From Squalus acanthias (taxonomy: Eukaryota), in contig CM059432.1 in NCBI GenBank assembly GCA_030390025.1, positions 6,324,001 through 6,388,000 of the forward strand: a stretch of 64,000 nt of DNA, read 5' to 3'. This document shows positions 34,741 to 47,165 of the stretch, one piece after another. Made by a program: the position numbers and the translations under genes. The notes beneath the pieces are model-generated. The model made no database searches, was not told the origin of the DNA, and saw nothing but the letters and a program-made list of their open reading frames with translations. The stretch's first letter is position 1; each line of letters begins with the position of its first letter.

Positions 34741-35810
34741 GCAGATGATACCAAGATCTGTGCGAGTGTTAGAACTGTAGATGATGCTCGTCTGCTTCAG
34801 ACAGATCTTAATGTGTTGGGAAATTGGGCTCAAGACTCGAAAATGATGTATAACTTAGATAAGTGCAGTTTTATGCATGTGGGCAGGTGAAATGCTCAAC
34901 ATTCATGCACCATTCAGGGAAAGGCATTAAAGGTGGCGATAGAAAGAGATTTGGGCATTCTAGTGCATACATCCTTAAAGGTACATGAGCAATGCCGTGA
35001 AGCGATAGCTAGAGCAAATAGGGTGTTGGGGTGTATTAACAGGACAATTGAGTACAAGACGAGGCATACTATTTTGTCGTTGTACATGACCGCAGTCAGG
35101 CTGCACTTGGAATACTGTGTCCAGTTTTGGTCTCTGCACATGGTGGGTGATATGGAGGTTTTGGAGAGGGTGCAGAGGAGGAGCCACTAGACTAATTCCC
35201 AGTCTAAACATCTTAGTTATCAAGATAGGCAAAAAGAGTTGGGACTCTAGACCTTAGAGAAGCGTAGACTTCGGAGGGATCTGATTGAGGTTTATAAGAT
35301 AATGAAGATAATAGATTGTGTTCCAGTTGACGGTTTATTCCAATTAAATAGATTAGGCAGGACCAGGGGTCACAAATTTAAGATGTACAAGGCTAGATCT
35401 AGGTTAGATGCCAGGAGGTGGTTCTTTTCCCGGAGAATAGTGGACCTCTGGAACAGGCTGCCGTCTCGTGTGGTGGATGCGGACTCACTGAATTTCTTCA
35501 AGCGAGAGCTGGACCTGTTTCTGGCTGGGGCGGAGATCACCTCTTACAGAAGGTAGGTACTGCAGGGAATTCATGACCAGAGTGATCTCCTGGACTAGTT
35601 TCGATCGCCCAGATGGGTTGGAGAGGAATTTCCCAGATTTTGTTCCCCAAATTGGCCTGGGTTGTTTATCTGGTTTTTTGCCTCCCAGGAGATCACATGA
35701 TTTCGGGTGGAGTGCAGTGTATATGTTGTGATGTACAAGTATCGCAGTTATGTGGGACAGGCTCGATGGACCAGATGGTCTTTACCTGTCCGTCATTGTT
35801 TGTATGTTCG
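34741..35810 (+). mobile_element. CR1 LINE 3' fragment, distinct subfamily with longer 3' UTR
   Basis: ADDTKI, ERDLGILV, LEYCVQFWS, TRGHKFK...IVDLWNRLP. Confidence 0.85.
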
Positions 35811-36285
35811 TAGCTATCGTGAAGAATATGTTTTGGAATCAAATACAGTAGAAAATTGGCTGAGGCTTATATCACTACTTGCAAAAGGTAGGTGCAATGT
35901 TGGGTGATATGCCTCATGGTCACTTCATAGTTGTCTTCTGAAATTCCTTTGGATGCCTTTGGGGGGTCGGAGATAAATTTCCAGAATTCTTTATTCCTGA
36001 ATTGGAAAAAAAACTTTTTTGTCCCGCCTAGGGGATTACATGTGGATGGGAGCTTTGGGGTGGCGGGGGTGGGAACCACGATGCTTAATTACAGCATGAC
36101 TATATTACAACAGGATCAGTGAGCTAGCTTGTCTTTTCCTGTTTGTTATTTCTGTATGTTCGTATATTAACGGATGTGATGAGGTAAACCTGAAACAGCT
36201 ATTTTTGAGCAGCAGGATAAGGGCACAGGTTCTAGGTAGTGAAGGACAAGTTTAGGACAGATTCTGGTAAGGACTTCTTACCAGA

Positions 36286-36745
36286 GTGTCAGCTGTGGCT
36301 CAGTGGGTAGCAATCTCGCCTCTTCGACAGAGGTTGTGGGTTCAAGTCCCACTCCAGAGCTCAAAAATCTAGGCTGACACTCCAGTGCAGTGCTGAGGGA
36401 GCGCTGCACTGTCGGAGGTGCCGTCTTTCGGATGAGATGTTAAAACAGAGGGCCTATCTGCTCTTTCAGGTGGACGTAAAAGATCCTGTGGCACTATTTC
36501 GAAGAAGAGCAGGGGAGTTATCCCAGGTATCCTGGCCAATATTTATCCCTCAGTCAACATCACGAAAACAGATTATCTGGTCAATATCACATTGCTGTTT
36601 GTGGGAGCTTGCTGTGCGCAAATTGGCTGCCGCGTTTCCTACATTAAAACAGTGACTGCACTTCAAGCGTACTTCATTGGCTGTAAAGCGCTTTGCAACG
36701 TCCAGTGGTCGTGAAAGATGCTATATAAATGCAAGTCTTTTGTTT
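36286..36745 (+). mobile_element. DeuSINE, full length
   Basis: Complete family match. Confidence 0.9.
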
Positions 36746-37139
36746 TACACAAAGTGTAATCAACGGCTGGAAAGGTTAGCTAGCATCAGTGGTTGAGGAG
36801 AAACTGAGATATTGTAATGGGCAGATGGTGTAATTGGTATCCTGAAAGCATGAATCTGGTTGGCCAAAGGGCCGCCTTCATTCAAAGTTATTTTTGATGT
36901 ACAGAGCAGTTAATGTTTGCAACCAAATAGATTAAAATTAATGAACAATATTTACAATAGATGAGGGGTTAGTAAGTTAGGATGACCATTGACTGCCTGA
37001 ATACAATTTTTTTTAAAGTTATTGAATGGGCTAATTCTCGTAGCAGTTACTCCTGTTTCTTGCTACCATCCACTGTTTTGCGTTTCCGTCCCTTTGAATT
37101 AGAATTGTGGAAAAACTAAATAAAGGAAATGGGAAAACC

Positions 37140-37472
37140 TGAAAGAAAGAAATACTTGCATTTATATAGCGCCTTTCACGACCATCGGGCGTTCCAAAGC
37201 GCTTTATAGCCAATGTAGTACGCTTGAAGTGTAGTCACTGTTGTAATGTAGGAAACGCGGCTGCCAATTTGCGCACAGCAAGCTCCCACAAACAGCAATG
37301 TGATAATAACCAGATAATCTGTTTCCGTGATGTTGATTGAGGGATAATTATTGGCCAGGACACCAGGGATAATTCCCCTGCTCTTCGAAATAGTGCCATG
37401 GGATCTTTTACGTCCACCTGAGAGAGCAGACAGGACCTCAGTTTAACGTCTCATCCGAAAGACAGTGCAGCA
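37140..37472 (-). mobile_element. DeuSINE, 5'-truncated
   Basis: Family match, inverted relative to 36286-36745. Confidence 0.88.
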
Positions 37473-37889
37473 CAATTTTTACCATCATGGACATATCTTG
37501 CTCAGTGAATCTCCTGATGAAAGTGAACAACCACAAGGGAAGAAGTTAAAACTCTGTTAAATTTCTCCTTGACCCCCCAAAATGAATCCTTGTGGTACAC
37601 TCTGTATTTTAATTTAATGTAAAGATAAATTAGCAATGGTAGTAAAATAATTTTGAACTCGGTTTGCATTCCCACTGGTCAGAAGTGGCCACTGTTGCTC
37701 AGTCATACCATTTCATAAAGCTATTCCCAGGTGTTCTGGCAGATAGATTCGGATGATAAAATTGTGTTGTGTTCTCTGCAGCTGCGACACACGGGCTCTT
37801 TTCACCTGCAGGTTTTCCCTTGCATTCTGAGGAACTCCTCTCTACGATGTGCATCTTCACATTTCCACTGAGCCAGCTCTTTTAAGCTG

Positions 37890-38278
37890 GAGCAGGGGCA
37901 TCCTACCTGGTGTCCTGGGGCCAATATTTATCCCTCAACCAACATCACTAAAAACAGATGATCTGGTCATTACTGCATTGCTGTTTGTGGGAGCTTGCTG
38001 TGCACAAATTGGCTGTCGCGTTTCCTAAATTACAACAGTGACTGCACTTCAAAAGTACTTCATTGGCTGTAAAGCGCTTTGGGACGTCCTGAGGTTGTGA
38101 AAGGCGCTATAGATATGCAAGTTCTGACGAAAGGTCATCGACCTGAAACGTTAACTCTGTTTCTCTCTTCACAGATGCTACCTGACCTACTAAGTGTCTC
38201 CAGCATTTTCTATTTTTATTTCAGATTTCCAGCATCTGCAGTATTTTCTTTTTCTATAGAAATGCAAGTCTTTCTTTC
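37890..38278 (+). mobile_element. DeuSINE 3' half with a Penelope mini insert (38123-38253) in its tail
   Basis: ctatagatatgcaagt (38107-38122) / ctatagaaatgcaagt (38254-38269) flank the insert. Confidence 0.85.
38120..38156 (+). ncRNA. Minimal type I hammerhead ribozyme motif, intact core
   Basis: AGUU-CUGACGA-A-AGGUC(AUC)GACCU-GAAA-CGUU-AACU; stem I AGUU/AACU, perfect 5-bp stem II, palindromic AACGUU. Confidence 0.7.
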
Positions 38279-38984
38279 AAGTTCTCATCTTTCTCTGAAT
38301 TTTTATTTTGTAATGTATGTTTGCTTGTTATCTTGTTTGCTTAGATGCTTCATTATGAAAGTATTAATGTAAACTATCAATAATTTTAAAGCAAATTTTT
38401 TCAAAATTTCATGATTAATTTGAATATACTGTACACAGTTAACAGACCCCTATTTTCCCTTTCTAAATGTTTTTAATACTATAACTCAGGCTGAAATGAA
38501 GCTAAAATTAGAGCAACATGCATTAACAGCGTACATTAAACACTTAATGGACAGTGCTAGGTTCAAAAATTCCGGTTTTTGAAATGCACCTTTAAGACCA
38601 CAGGCTAACTTTCTAATGCTGTTCGTTGGGCCTCCCCATTAAGGGTACTCAGCCTTTGCCAAATGTTTCCTCAATGTCTGACATTATTAATTTGATGGAC
38701 AGGCTATTTTTATAAGCATATGTTGAAAGGACGTGGAAGGTTTGGTTCTGTAGCCCTGTTATTATTACTAAAAATTCTGCAACTTCAGACTAGTGGTCCA
38801 TAGTTAGAAAAATGTTAGGAAAGGTAATGAGAGATTTTTATACCCAGTCAGTGATTGACAGTTAGTGAGCTATTATGTCAGCTTAAACTAGATTGTCAGA
38901 AATAAAATCTACCTTCAAATCTGCAAGACTTCTTAATGTTGAATAATTTTATTGTTAGGAGATATTCTTGAAGAGTCTTAAGTT

Positions 38985-39195
38985 TAAATTTCCTCCCTAA
39001 ATTTCTCTGCCTCTCTACCTCTCTCTCCTCCTTCAGGATGCTCCTTAAAACCTACCTCTTTGACCAAGCTTTTGGTCATCTGTCCTGATATCTCCTTCTG
39101 TGGCTCGGTGACAAATTTTTATTGATAACGCTCTTGTTAAGCGCCTTGGGATGTTTTGCTACGTTAAAGGTGCGATATAAATGCAAGTTGTTGTT
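38985..39195 (+). mobile_element. L2 LINE 3' fragment
   Basis: Tail match to 26230-26418. Confidence 0.8.
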
Positions 39196-39397
39196 TAAAA
39201 AAAAGTATTAGATTAGGGAATAAGAAAGAAAGACTGCGCATTTATATGGCGCCTTTCATGACCTCAGGATGTCCCAAAGTTCTTTACAGCCAATGAAGTA
39301 CTTTTGAAGTGTAGTCACTGTTGTGATGCAGGGAAATGTGGCAGCGAAGTTGTGCACAGCAAACTCCCACAAACAACAATGTGATAATGACCAGATA

Positions 39398-41802
39398 CAG
39401 GAAACTCTTTGGTATACGGGACCGGGGTGGTGCCGGTTGAATAAAACTTCCAGATGACGGAGAGGGTTATCTACCGAGGCTATTTTTAACAAACAAAAAT
39501 TAAAAAATCAAGAGATGTGCAGTATACAGTAATTGGGTACTCACCTACAGAATGTTGTGTTAAATGGATGGTGGAAGATGCTTGATTAAGTACAGTACTG
39601 CCAGTTGAGGGTAATCCATAACTCTTTAATTACTTAACAGTAAAACAAAACTTATAAATGACTGTGTACAGTACTGTAGTTGACTGTACACTTATTCCGA
39701 GTCAGCTGGTTCATCAGGAATATCCATGCCAGCTGGGTCATCAGGATCATGCACTTCAACAGATTCTTCAGGCACTTCCGCTGCTTCAACTCTTTTGGAA
39801 GCTTTCTTAAACATGTCCCGGATGTCTGCTTGCTTAGTGGACTCTTGCCTTTTCTGTAGAAACGTGGAATGCAGAATATGGAGGTGCATAACTTCTTGGG
39901 CAGAGTAGCAAGGCTGCCTTTCAGCAAATTGGAGGATTGAAGCAAATCCTTCTGCAGCTTTAGCCCAAGAAATCTTCTTCTCTTCAGAAATCTCATCCTC
40001 TTCACTTTCCATCTCCCTTTCCTTTTCTTTCTTTGGATTCAAAACATTCTCAATTATTTCATCATCACTTAGCATATGCACAACACCAACTTCTCTATCT
40101 GCATCAACCCACTGCTCGATATCACTTTCACTGAGGTGACGTAGAGGGTTTGCTGGGCCTACATTTTTCACCATGCCAGCCATTTCCATTATTGTACTCT
40201 TCTTGGGACGAACATTGAACCCATGAAATTCCTCCTGTGAAGAAGAACCTTCAGCAAACATTACAGAAGGCCACAATTTGCGCCAGGCTTGCCTCAGAGT
40301 GTGACCTTTCACCAAGTTCCAGGAATATGCAACATTCTAGATGGCATCTTTAATATTGTATTCCTTCTGAAATGCGTGAATATTGTCATCTTGGTTTATC
40401 AGTTTATGTAGGAAGTCTTTCTTGTAATGACACTTCAGATTTTGGATAACGCCCTGGTCCATGGGTTGTATGAGAGAAGTTACATTTGGTGGCAAATAAA
40501 TGGTGAAAATATTTCCCGAAACCAACTCTGATTCATGCGGATGGGCTCTACAATTATCAAGCAATAAAATGCATTTGCTATCTTCAGGTTTCCCTATTTT
40601 ACGGAAATGTTCCCTCACAGATGGAACAAAAATATGATGGAACCAATATGAAAAGATTTCCTTATCCATCCAAGCATTTTTTTGAGCTTTGTACTCAACA
40701 GGTAAGTGCCTCACATTTTTAAATGCACGGGGATTTTTCTACTTCCCAATAACAAGAAGTTTAACCCGGTGTGATCCAGCAGCGTTCGCACATGTTAGCA
40801 CGGTTACAGGATCTTTATTTTTCTTGTAACCTGAAGCATTAGCCTCACTAGCCCCAGCAAGTGTTGATTCTGGCAAAAACCTCCAAAATAAGCCAGTTTC
40901 ATCAGCATTATATATCTGTGCTGGCGACAAATCATGTTGCTGCACAAGCCGATTGAATAATCGCAGTATTCTTCTGCGGCGTCGTGATCAGCTGATTTCT
41001 TCTCCCCGGAAATATCGAGTCGTCGTATCCGGTGCCGTAACTTGAAGCACGTTAGCCATCCCTCGGAGAAAGCACACTTGTCAGTGAGCTCCATCCTTAC
41101 GTAGAAATCCTTCGCTTTCTCGATTAGCATGGGTCCGGAAAGTGGAACACCCTCTGAACGCTTAAGAGAAAACCACTCATAAAGCACGGTATCCAGCTCG
41201 TCAAGCTTCGGCTTACGAAGCGTACGCCGTTTCTCTGCACTCTTAGATGTCTCCGAGCTTGAATAAAACTTGAGCAGCTTATCCTTCTGCGATTTGATGT
41301 CGTAGATTGTTGACGAACCGATTTTGAATTCATTCATAATGTTGATACGCTTCTCTCCCCATTCTAGTCGTTGGCATATCTCGATTTTCTGTTTTAAAGT
41401 TAACACCACTCTCTTCCTTTTGCTTGGACCAACTTTTGGGAATTCCATAATGCAAGATGGGGAGATAATTCACGATAAAGATGGAGAGACACACAGAAAA
41501 ATGGTGGATCGGAAGAGACTACCAGCAGCGCGGGAGACGCACAATAAAATGGCGGTCGGAAAAGACTACCGGCAGCGCGGGAGAATCCGACTCCTGTTAT
41601 TGCGGTGTTCGGACTTCCAACAGCGCCAGGAAGCTGAGTAGTGGCACTTTGGAGAACTACCCCCACTGACTAACTCGGCGTTCGCGGGAGACTCGGACTC
41701 GGCAACATTGCCGGTTATTGAGGAGTTGTTTTCGGAGTATGAATTTTGCCGGTTAATAGAGAATTCTGGATATTTAGGTGCCGTTTAAACGAGAGTTTCC
41801 TG
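39398..41802 (-). mobile_element. Tigger/pogo DNA transposon, full length (2.4 kb), non-functional
   Basis: Ends caggaaactc...gagtttcctg; TA at 39396-39397 and 41803-41804; transposase ORF fragments inside. Confidence 0.93.
39692..41448 (-). pseudogene. Tigger/pogo transposase (CENP-B-like HTH + DDE_1), frameshifted into four ORFs
   Basis: [15 protein letters not shown]...SSTIYDI (HTH), [28 protein letters not shown]; split across 40804-41448, 40739-40945, 40337-40714, 39692-40315. Confidence 0.92.
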
Positions 41803-41945
41803 TAATCGGTCGAGGGATCATGTTAGCCAGGACGCTGGGAGAACGCTTCATGCTCTTCTTTCAATAGTGCCATGGGATCATAAACATGTTTTAAATGCTG
41901 TTAAAAAGTAATTTGTATTCTGCAATGCAACTCAATGTATTGTAT

Positions 41946-42507
41946 ACAAAAGCAAAGTACTGCGGATGCTGGAAATCTGAAATAAAAACAGAAAATGCTG
42001 GAAATACTCTGCAGGTCAGGCAGCATCTGTGGAGAGAGAAACAAAGTTAACGTTTCAGGTCGATGACCTTTCGTTAGAACTGGAAAAGGTTAGACGTGAC
42101 AGATTTTAAGCAAGTGCAGGTTACAAAAGCAAAGTATTGTGGCTGCTGGAAAGTAACCTCTGCCCCATTTTTTCACATTGCAGTTGTTGATGATTCTGCC
42201 ATTCCCATTTACACCTCATCTAGACTCATCTTTTGTTTCTTGTCCCATTGCCATCCTCTTTTGTTTTGTACTATCATACCTTTTGTCATTTAATCTCTCC
42301 TGCCTTCCACCCTATCACAGACCTTCCCTTTTGTTCTTTCCACCCCTCCCCCCTTTCCCTGCCCCTACACTTGCCTAAAATCTGTTACATCTCTAACTTT
42401 TTCCAGTTCTGGCAAAAGGTCATCGAGCTGAAACGTTAACTCTGTTTCTCTCTCTCCACAGATGCTGCCTGACCTGCTGAGTGTTTCCAGCATTTTCTGC
42501 TTTTATT
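41946..42507. mobile_element. Penelope-derived insert with inverted pseudo-LTRs
   Basis: 14-bp direct repeat tcaatgtattgtat at 41932-41945 and 42508-42521; inverted arms ~41980-42120 and ~42365-42507, each with a mutated hammerhead core. Confidence 0.88.
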
Positions 42508-42824
42508 TCAATGTATTGTATGTCCGGTTGCATTACAATTTAGAATTGCTGAAAATTCAAGGAATGAGAGTGGCAGTATAACTATGGTCTGTGTGACCAC
42601 AGCACGCATGAACAGGTCTTGGATTGGTACATGCAGTAGAACTGCAGCATAAGACATTATAGTACAAAAAGGGAGATATTCAGGATTGCTTTGATTTTAT
42701 GTGCAGCTTGTCCAGTAAATCATTGTAGGTGGTGTCAGGAATCTGATGATTTAGCAATGATCTGTTGAAAAATATGTACCTCAACATCTTACTCCTGAAA
42801 CACAAGATACAGCTTTTTTTTCAC

Positions 42825-42940
42825 CTTTACTACATTACAACAGTGGTACTTCAAAAGTACTTCATTGGCTGTAAAGCGCTTTGGGAAGTCTGGTGGTCAT
42901 GAAAGGCGCGATAGAAATGCAAGTCTTTCTTTTCTTTCTT
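42825..42940 (+). mobile_element. DeuSINE 3' tail fragment
   Basis: Family tail match. Confidence 0.75.
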
Positions 42941-44639
42941 TACATCAGTCTGAATTTGAAACACTTTTTCCACCTTGGTTTGCTACGTTGAATTATCTTC
43001 TTGAGAACCTAGCACCTTTGCTAAACATTTGACTTTGATGCTTTTTTTTAACTGAACAAGCTGTGATTGCGTGGAATAAAACTGATCCAATAATATTATT
43101 TTGATGCTTAAAAATGGATTATAGTTTGGACTGTTTCTTGGAAATGGTTTTCCAAATCCAGTTTTGCATTTTTTTCCTCCAAGTAGTTGATTGAAGTATT
43201 GCTATTGAAGTGGGGTGGGGGAGGACAGGAGTGGAGAGGGAAAGAAAGTAGGAATAATCTGTTTACGTGGCCAGGATGATTGGCATTTTCTTTCTTTTTT
43301 GCTTGATCCTTTCTCCACAGGCCTGTCTCAAAACCCCTCTTGGTGCTCACGTAGACTTTGCAAGTCTACATTTAAATCGAAATTAAATTGCCAAATAGTA
43401 ACGATTAGATTTGTGTTTCCAACACAGGTTCTTTGGTGACGGGGGAGGGAGTTATTTCCTACAGTGTCCTGAGAGACGTTAAGAATTTTGGTTTTAGTTG
43501 CTCATAATAATAGCTCTTGCGTTCCATGCCATTGAGAGGGAGAGAAGATCTTATTGCATGAATGGCTTTGGGAGAAGCCAGGATTCACGTGTAATTTTAA
43601 ATGTTAATGCATAACCAAAGGCTGGAAATTGGATATTCCCTACAGGATAATAACTCTGAGAAAATGTTGGTCTAATTCATGACTTGTACAAATTAGTATA
43701 ACTTTCTTTAGTTGCTTTAATATGGGATGGTTTTTCAAATGATATAAGCACTTAGTGCAGTTGGTATGATTCAAGCAATATTGCTTGAGTGATTTATTTT
43801 TTTAAGTACTTGTATAATTCATACATCTTTCATATGAAGATTAAAGAAAATGATTTGTTCTGCAATTAGACTGGGAACCATGCAGGATAACTTATTTGTA
43901 TTTACAACCTTTTTAACCCTTTTATTGTAGTTAGTTGGTAGGGCCACCAGTGTGAAAATTGAGTTGAAGCCTACAATATCAAATTCTAACTTTTGTTGTA
44001 GTGTGATTTTTGACATACTAAATAATGCCAGGAAGTGGCAGATCTGAGTCATTCAAAATCAAAGACGCAGTGGCATTCTTGAAAAAATACAGAACTGAAT
44101 AAATTGAGCTGTTTGAAATAACAACAGAACATGTAAAGATGTATTTTGATGTAGGAATGTGCTCTCAAGTTCTTGATTGTTGACCGGAAAATATTAAATT
44201 TCTGGTAGCTTCCTGCCCTTTGATTATTATGTAGTTAGTACTTCACTATTCTGTATATTTTTAAGGGCCCCCTCACTCCATTTTTTTCTTGTATGTTTTA
44301 ACAGGCAAAATGCCGATATCTTAGTTGCAAGTCTTAATAAAACTAATTCTTGTAGAAAAAATAGCAACATTCAAAATTAAGTACAAATTGTTGGAGTTCC
44401 AGCTTATGAAAGAAATTCTAATGTTTTTTGTATTTTATTGTAAATACTGATTGTAAATGACAAGTCTGTCTTTCGTGCTAATGCTTTGCACCAGTTATTG
44501 GAACTCCACATTTAACTTGAATACACTTGCTTAGTTTTAAATTAACTCCAACTTGATGTAAATCTGCACTGGTTTACTATTCCTTTGTTTATCATGAGTG
44601 TGAATGGGATAGAATTTTATTCCCTTGACTGGGAATTTC

Positions 44640-45010
44640 ACAACAATAGCATCAACGTACATTTATATAGCGTCTTTAACATAGTAAAAAAATTCCAAGG
44701 CGCTTCACAGGAGCGATATCGGACAGAATTTCACACCGATCCACATAGAGATATTAGGACAGGTGACCAAAAGCTTGGTCAAAGAGGTAGGTTTTAAGGA
44801 GTGATTTAGAGGAGAGAGGTGTTTAGGGAGTGAATTCCAGAGCTTTAGGGCTGAGGCAGCTGAAGGCGCAGCCACCAATGGAGTGATAAAAATCAGGGAT
44901 GCATAAGAGGCCAGAATTGGAGGAGCACAGATATTTCTGAGGGTTCTAGGGCAGGAGGAGGTTACAGAGATGGGGAGGGGCGAGGCCATGAAGGGATTTG
45001 AACAAGGTGA
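44640..45010 (-). mobile_element. L2 LINE 3' fragment
   Basis: Reverse complement of 26070-26418. Confidence 0.8.
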
Positions 45011-45154
45011 GACTCAAGTCTATTAGTCCTTTCAATTAACTTGAGAATACATATTTGCTATGTACAATATATGTGATACAGAATTACATATAATTGGTTG
45101 TGACATTGATCTCATTTTGTGGCATTTTTGAATTCCTTCATACCAAGTTCTTTC

Positions 45155-45630
45155 AACAATAACTTCAATTTATATAGCATCTTTAACATAGAGAAATGTC
45201 CCAAGGCGTTTCACAGAGGCATAAAGAAAAGCAGTTGCCGAGCCAATTAAGGAGATATTAGAAGGGGTGACCAAAAGCTTCGCCAAAAAGTGGGTTTTAA
45301 GGAGGGTCTTGAAGGAGGAGAGGGAAGTGAAGAGACAGAGGGGCTTGGAGAGAGAATTTGAGGATGGAGCTTTGGTAGCTGAAGACACAGTCGCCAGTGA
45401 TCAGGCGAAGGAAGGGGCAGATGCACAAAAGGCTAGTTAGAGGAGTAGAGTGTTCGGAAAGGGGGTGTAAGGGTATAATTGTAGTACTGGAGGAGGTTAC
45501 AGAGATGGGGAGGGGTGAAGCCATGAAGGGACTTAAGGATGAGGATTGTTAATTTTAAGCTTGGGAGACAGGGAGCCAATGTAGGTCAGCGAGGACAAGG
45601 GTGATGGGTGAGCAAGACTTGGTGAGGACT
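45155..45630 (-). mobile_element. L2 LINE 3' fragment (older)
   Basis: Same tail family, more diverged. Confidence 0.75.
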
Positions 45631-46714
45631 TGGTCATGTGTCCCAGAATTCTTGTTCTTGGGCTGTTAGAGGATCAGTAAGTATGTCATCCAGTCTTATT
45701 TTTACTACAGTGTTTATATTTTCTTCCCCCTTGAGAGCTCACAATCAGCCCATACATCAAGCTTGTTGACACTTGCTTTCCTTCCTAATTATTAAAGCTT
45801 ACTCTTTCTTTCCTTGAAAATTAAGCCAGAGATGACAGAAATATTAACTGTTTCACTAGTGTACAAATTTTAAAGTTTACTAGAGAGAAATTGGAAGATT
45901 TAAAAAAAATGCTCTGCTTCAAGCACTTGGATTCTTCTGTTTTTTTTTAAACCGAAAAATGTGGTTTGACTTAGAATAATTGGCTAGGTTGTCACTTGCC
46001 ATATAGGAAAGTTTTCTCAAGCATGTGGTCAACTGAAAGGATAATAAACACTGGTATGTTGTCAGATACATACCACACAGATTGAAAAATACCACATTGC
46101 TTCTTAAATTAGTAAAATTTTTAAGAATTTACACAGATTGTAATTTGAATATAATTGTTTAAACCTTTTCACACAACTGTGTGACAGTTATAATTTCCAG
46201 CCTGCTTTATTGACTGTTATGTAGAAAAGATTTTGTCACATGTCATAAACAGCATAGGGGATGTGGCATAAATAGCAGAAGAATACAGGATTGGCTAAAG
46301 TCAGAATTCTGCCTGATCAAACCTACGTTCGAATAAAATTATTTTTAAGCTTTTCAAAATTTGGCTGCATCGAAATTGCATGTGCCATTTCTGGTGTTAA
46401 GATACAGAAAGGACAGTCTTAATCTTCACACCGCAGGTTATCTGATAGTAAAATCCTGCGGAGGCTAGGTTTATTTTGTAGAAATAGGTAATTTTCATAA
46501 AATGCGTCTGTGATGCATTGACACTCTTGGTACAGACAAGTCTTCTTGCATAGCTTCTGCTAACTGTTGGCATAGTAACAGCTTTATTAAAAAAAAATTG
46601 AAGTCTTCAACCACCTAGCTGTACTATTATATCAGTGACGTCAGCCATCAGTAAGATTAGATTTGATGCTTGTTTTTTGTTTGGTGAGACTCCAGAGAAT
46701 CGGGGTCAATGGAA

Positions 46715-47165
46715 AAAAGAAAGAAGGACTTGCATTTCTATAGCGCCTTTCACAACCTCAGGACGTCCCAAAGTGCTTTACAGCCAATGACGTACTTTGT
46801 GAAGTGTAGTCACTGTTGTGATGTAGGAAATGCGGCAGCCAATTTGCGCACAGCAAGCTCCCACAAAAAGCAATGTTTTTGTTATGCTGATTGAGGGATA
46901 AATATTGGCCAGGACACCAGGCATAACTCTCCTGCTGCTCTTCGAATAGTGCCATGGGACCTTTTACGTCCACCTGAGAGAGCAGACAGGGTCTTGGTTT
47001 AACGTCTCATCTGAAAGACGGCACCTCTGACAGTGCAGCACTCCCTCAGTACTGCGCTGGAGTGTCAGCCTAGATTTTTGTGCTTAAGTCTCTGGAGTGG
47101 GACTTGAACCCACAACCTTCTGACTCAGAGGCGAGAGTGCGGCCCACTGAGTCACGGCTGACACT
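46715..47165 (-). mobile_element. DeuSINE, full length
   Basis: Complete family match. Confidence 0.9.

Larger units (their letters stand above)
39222..41880 (-). mobile_element. DeuSINE remnant split by the Tigger element
   Basis: SINE ...ccagaTA | TAatc... is restored when 39398-41802 and one TA are removed. Confidence 0.7.

Noticed and set aside
39692..41448. Domesticated TIGD/JRK/CENP-B gene
   Set aside because: Frameshifted, retains TIRs and TA TSD, and sits inside a SINE
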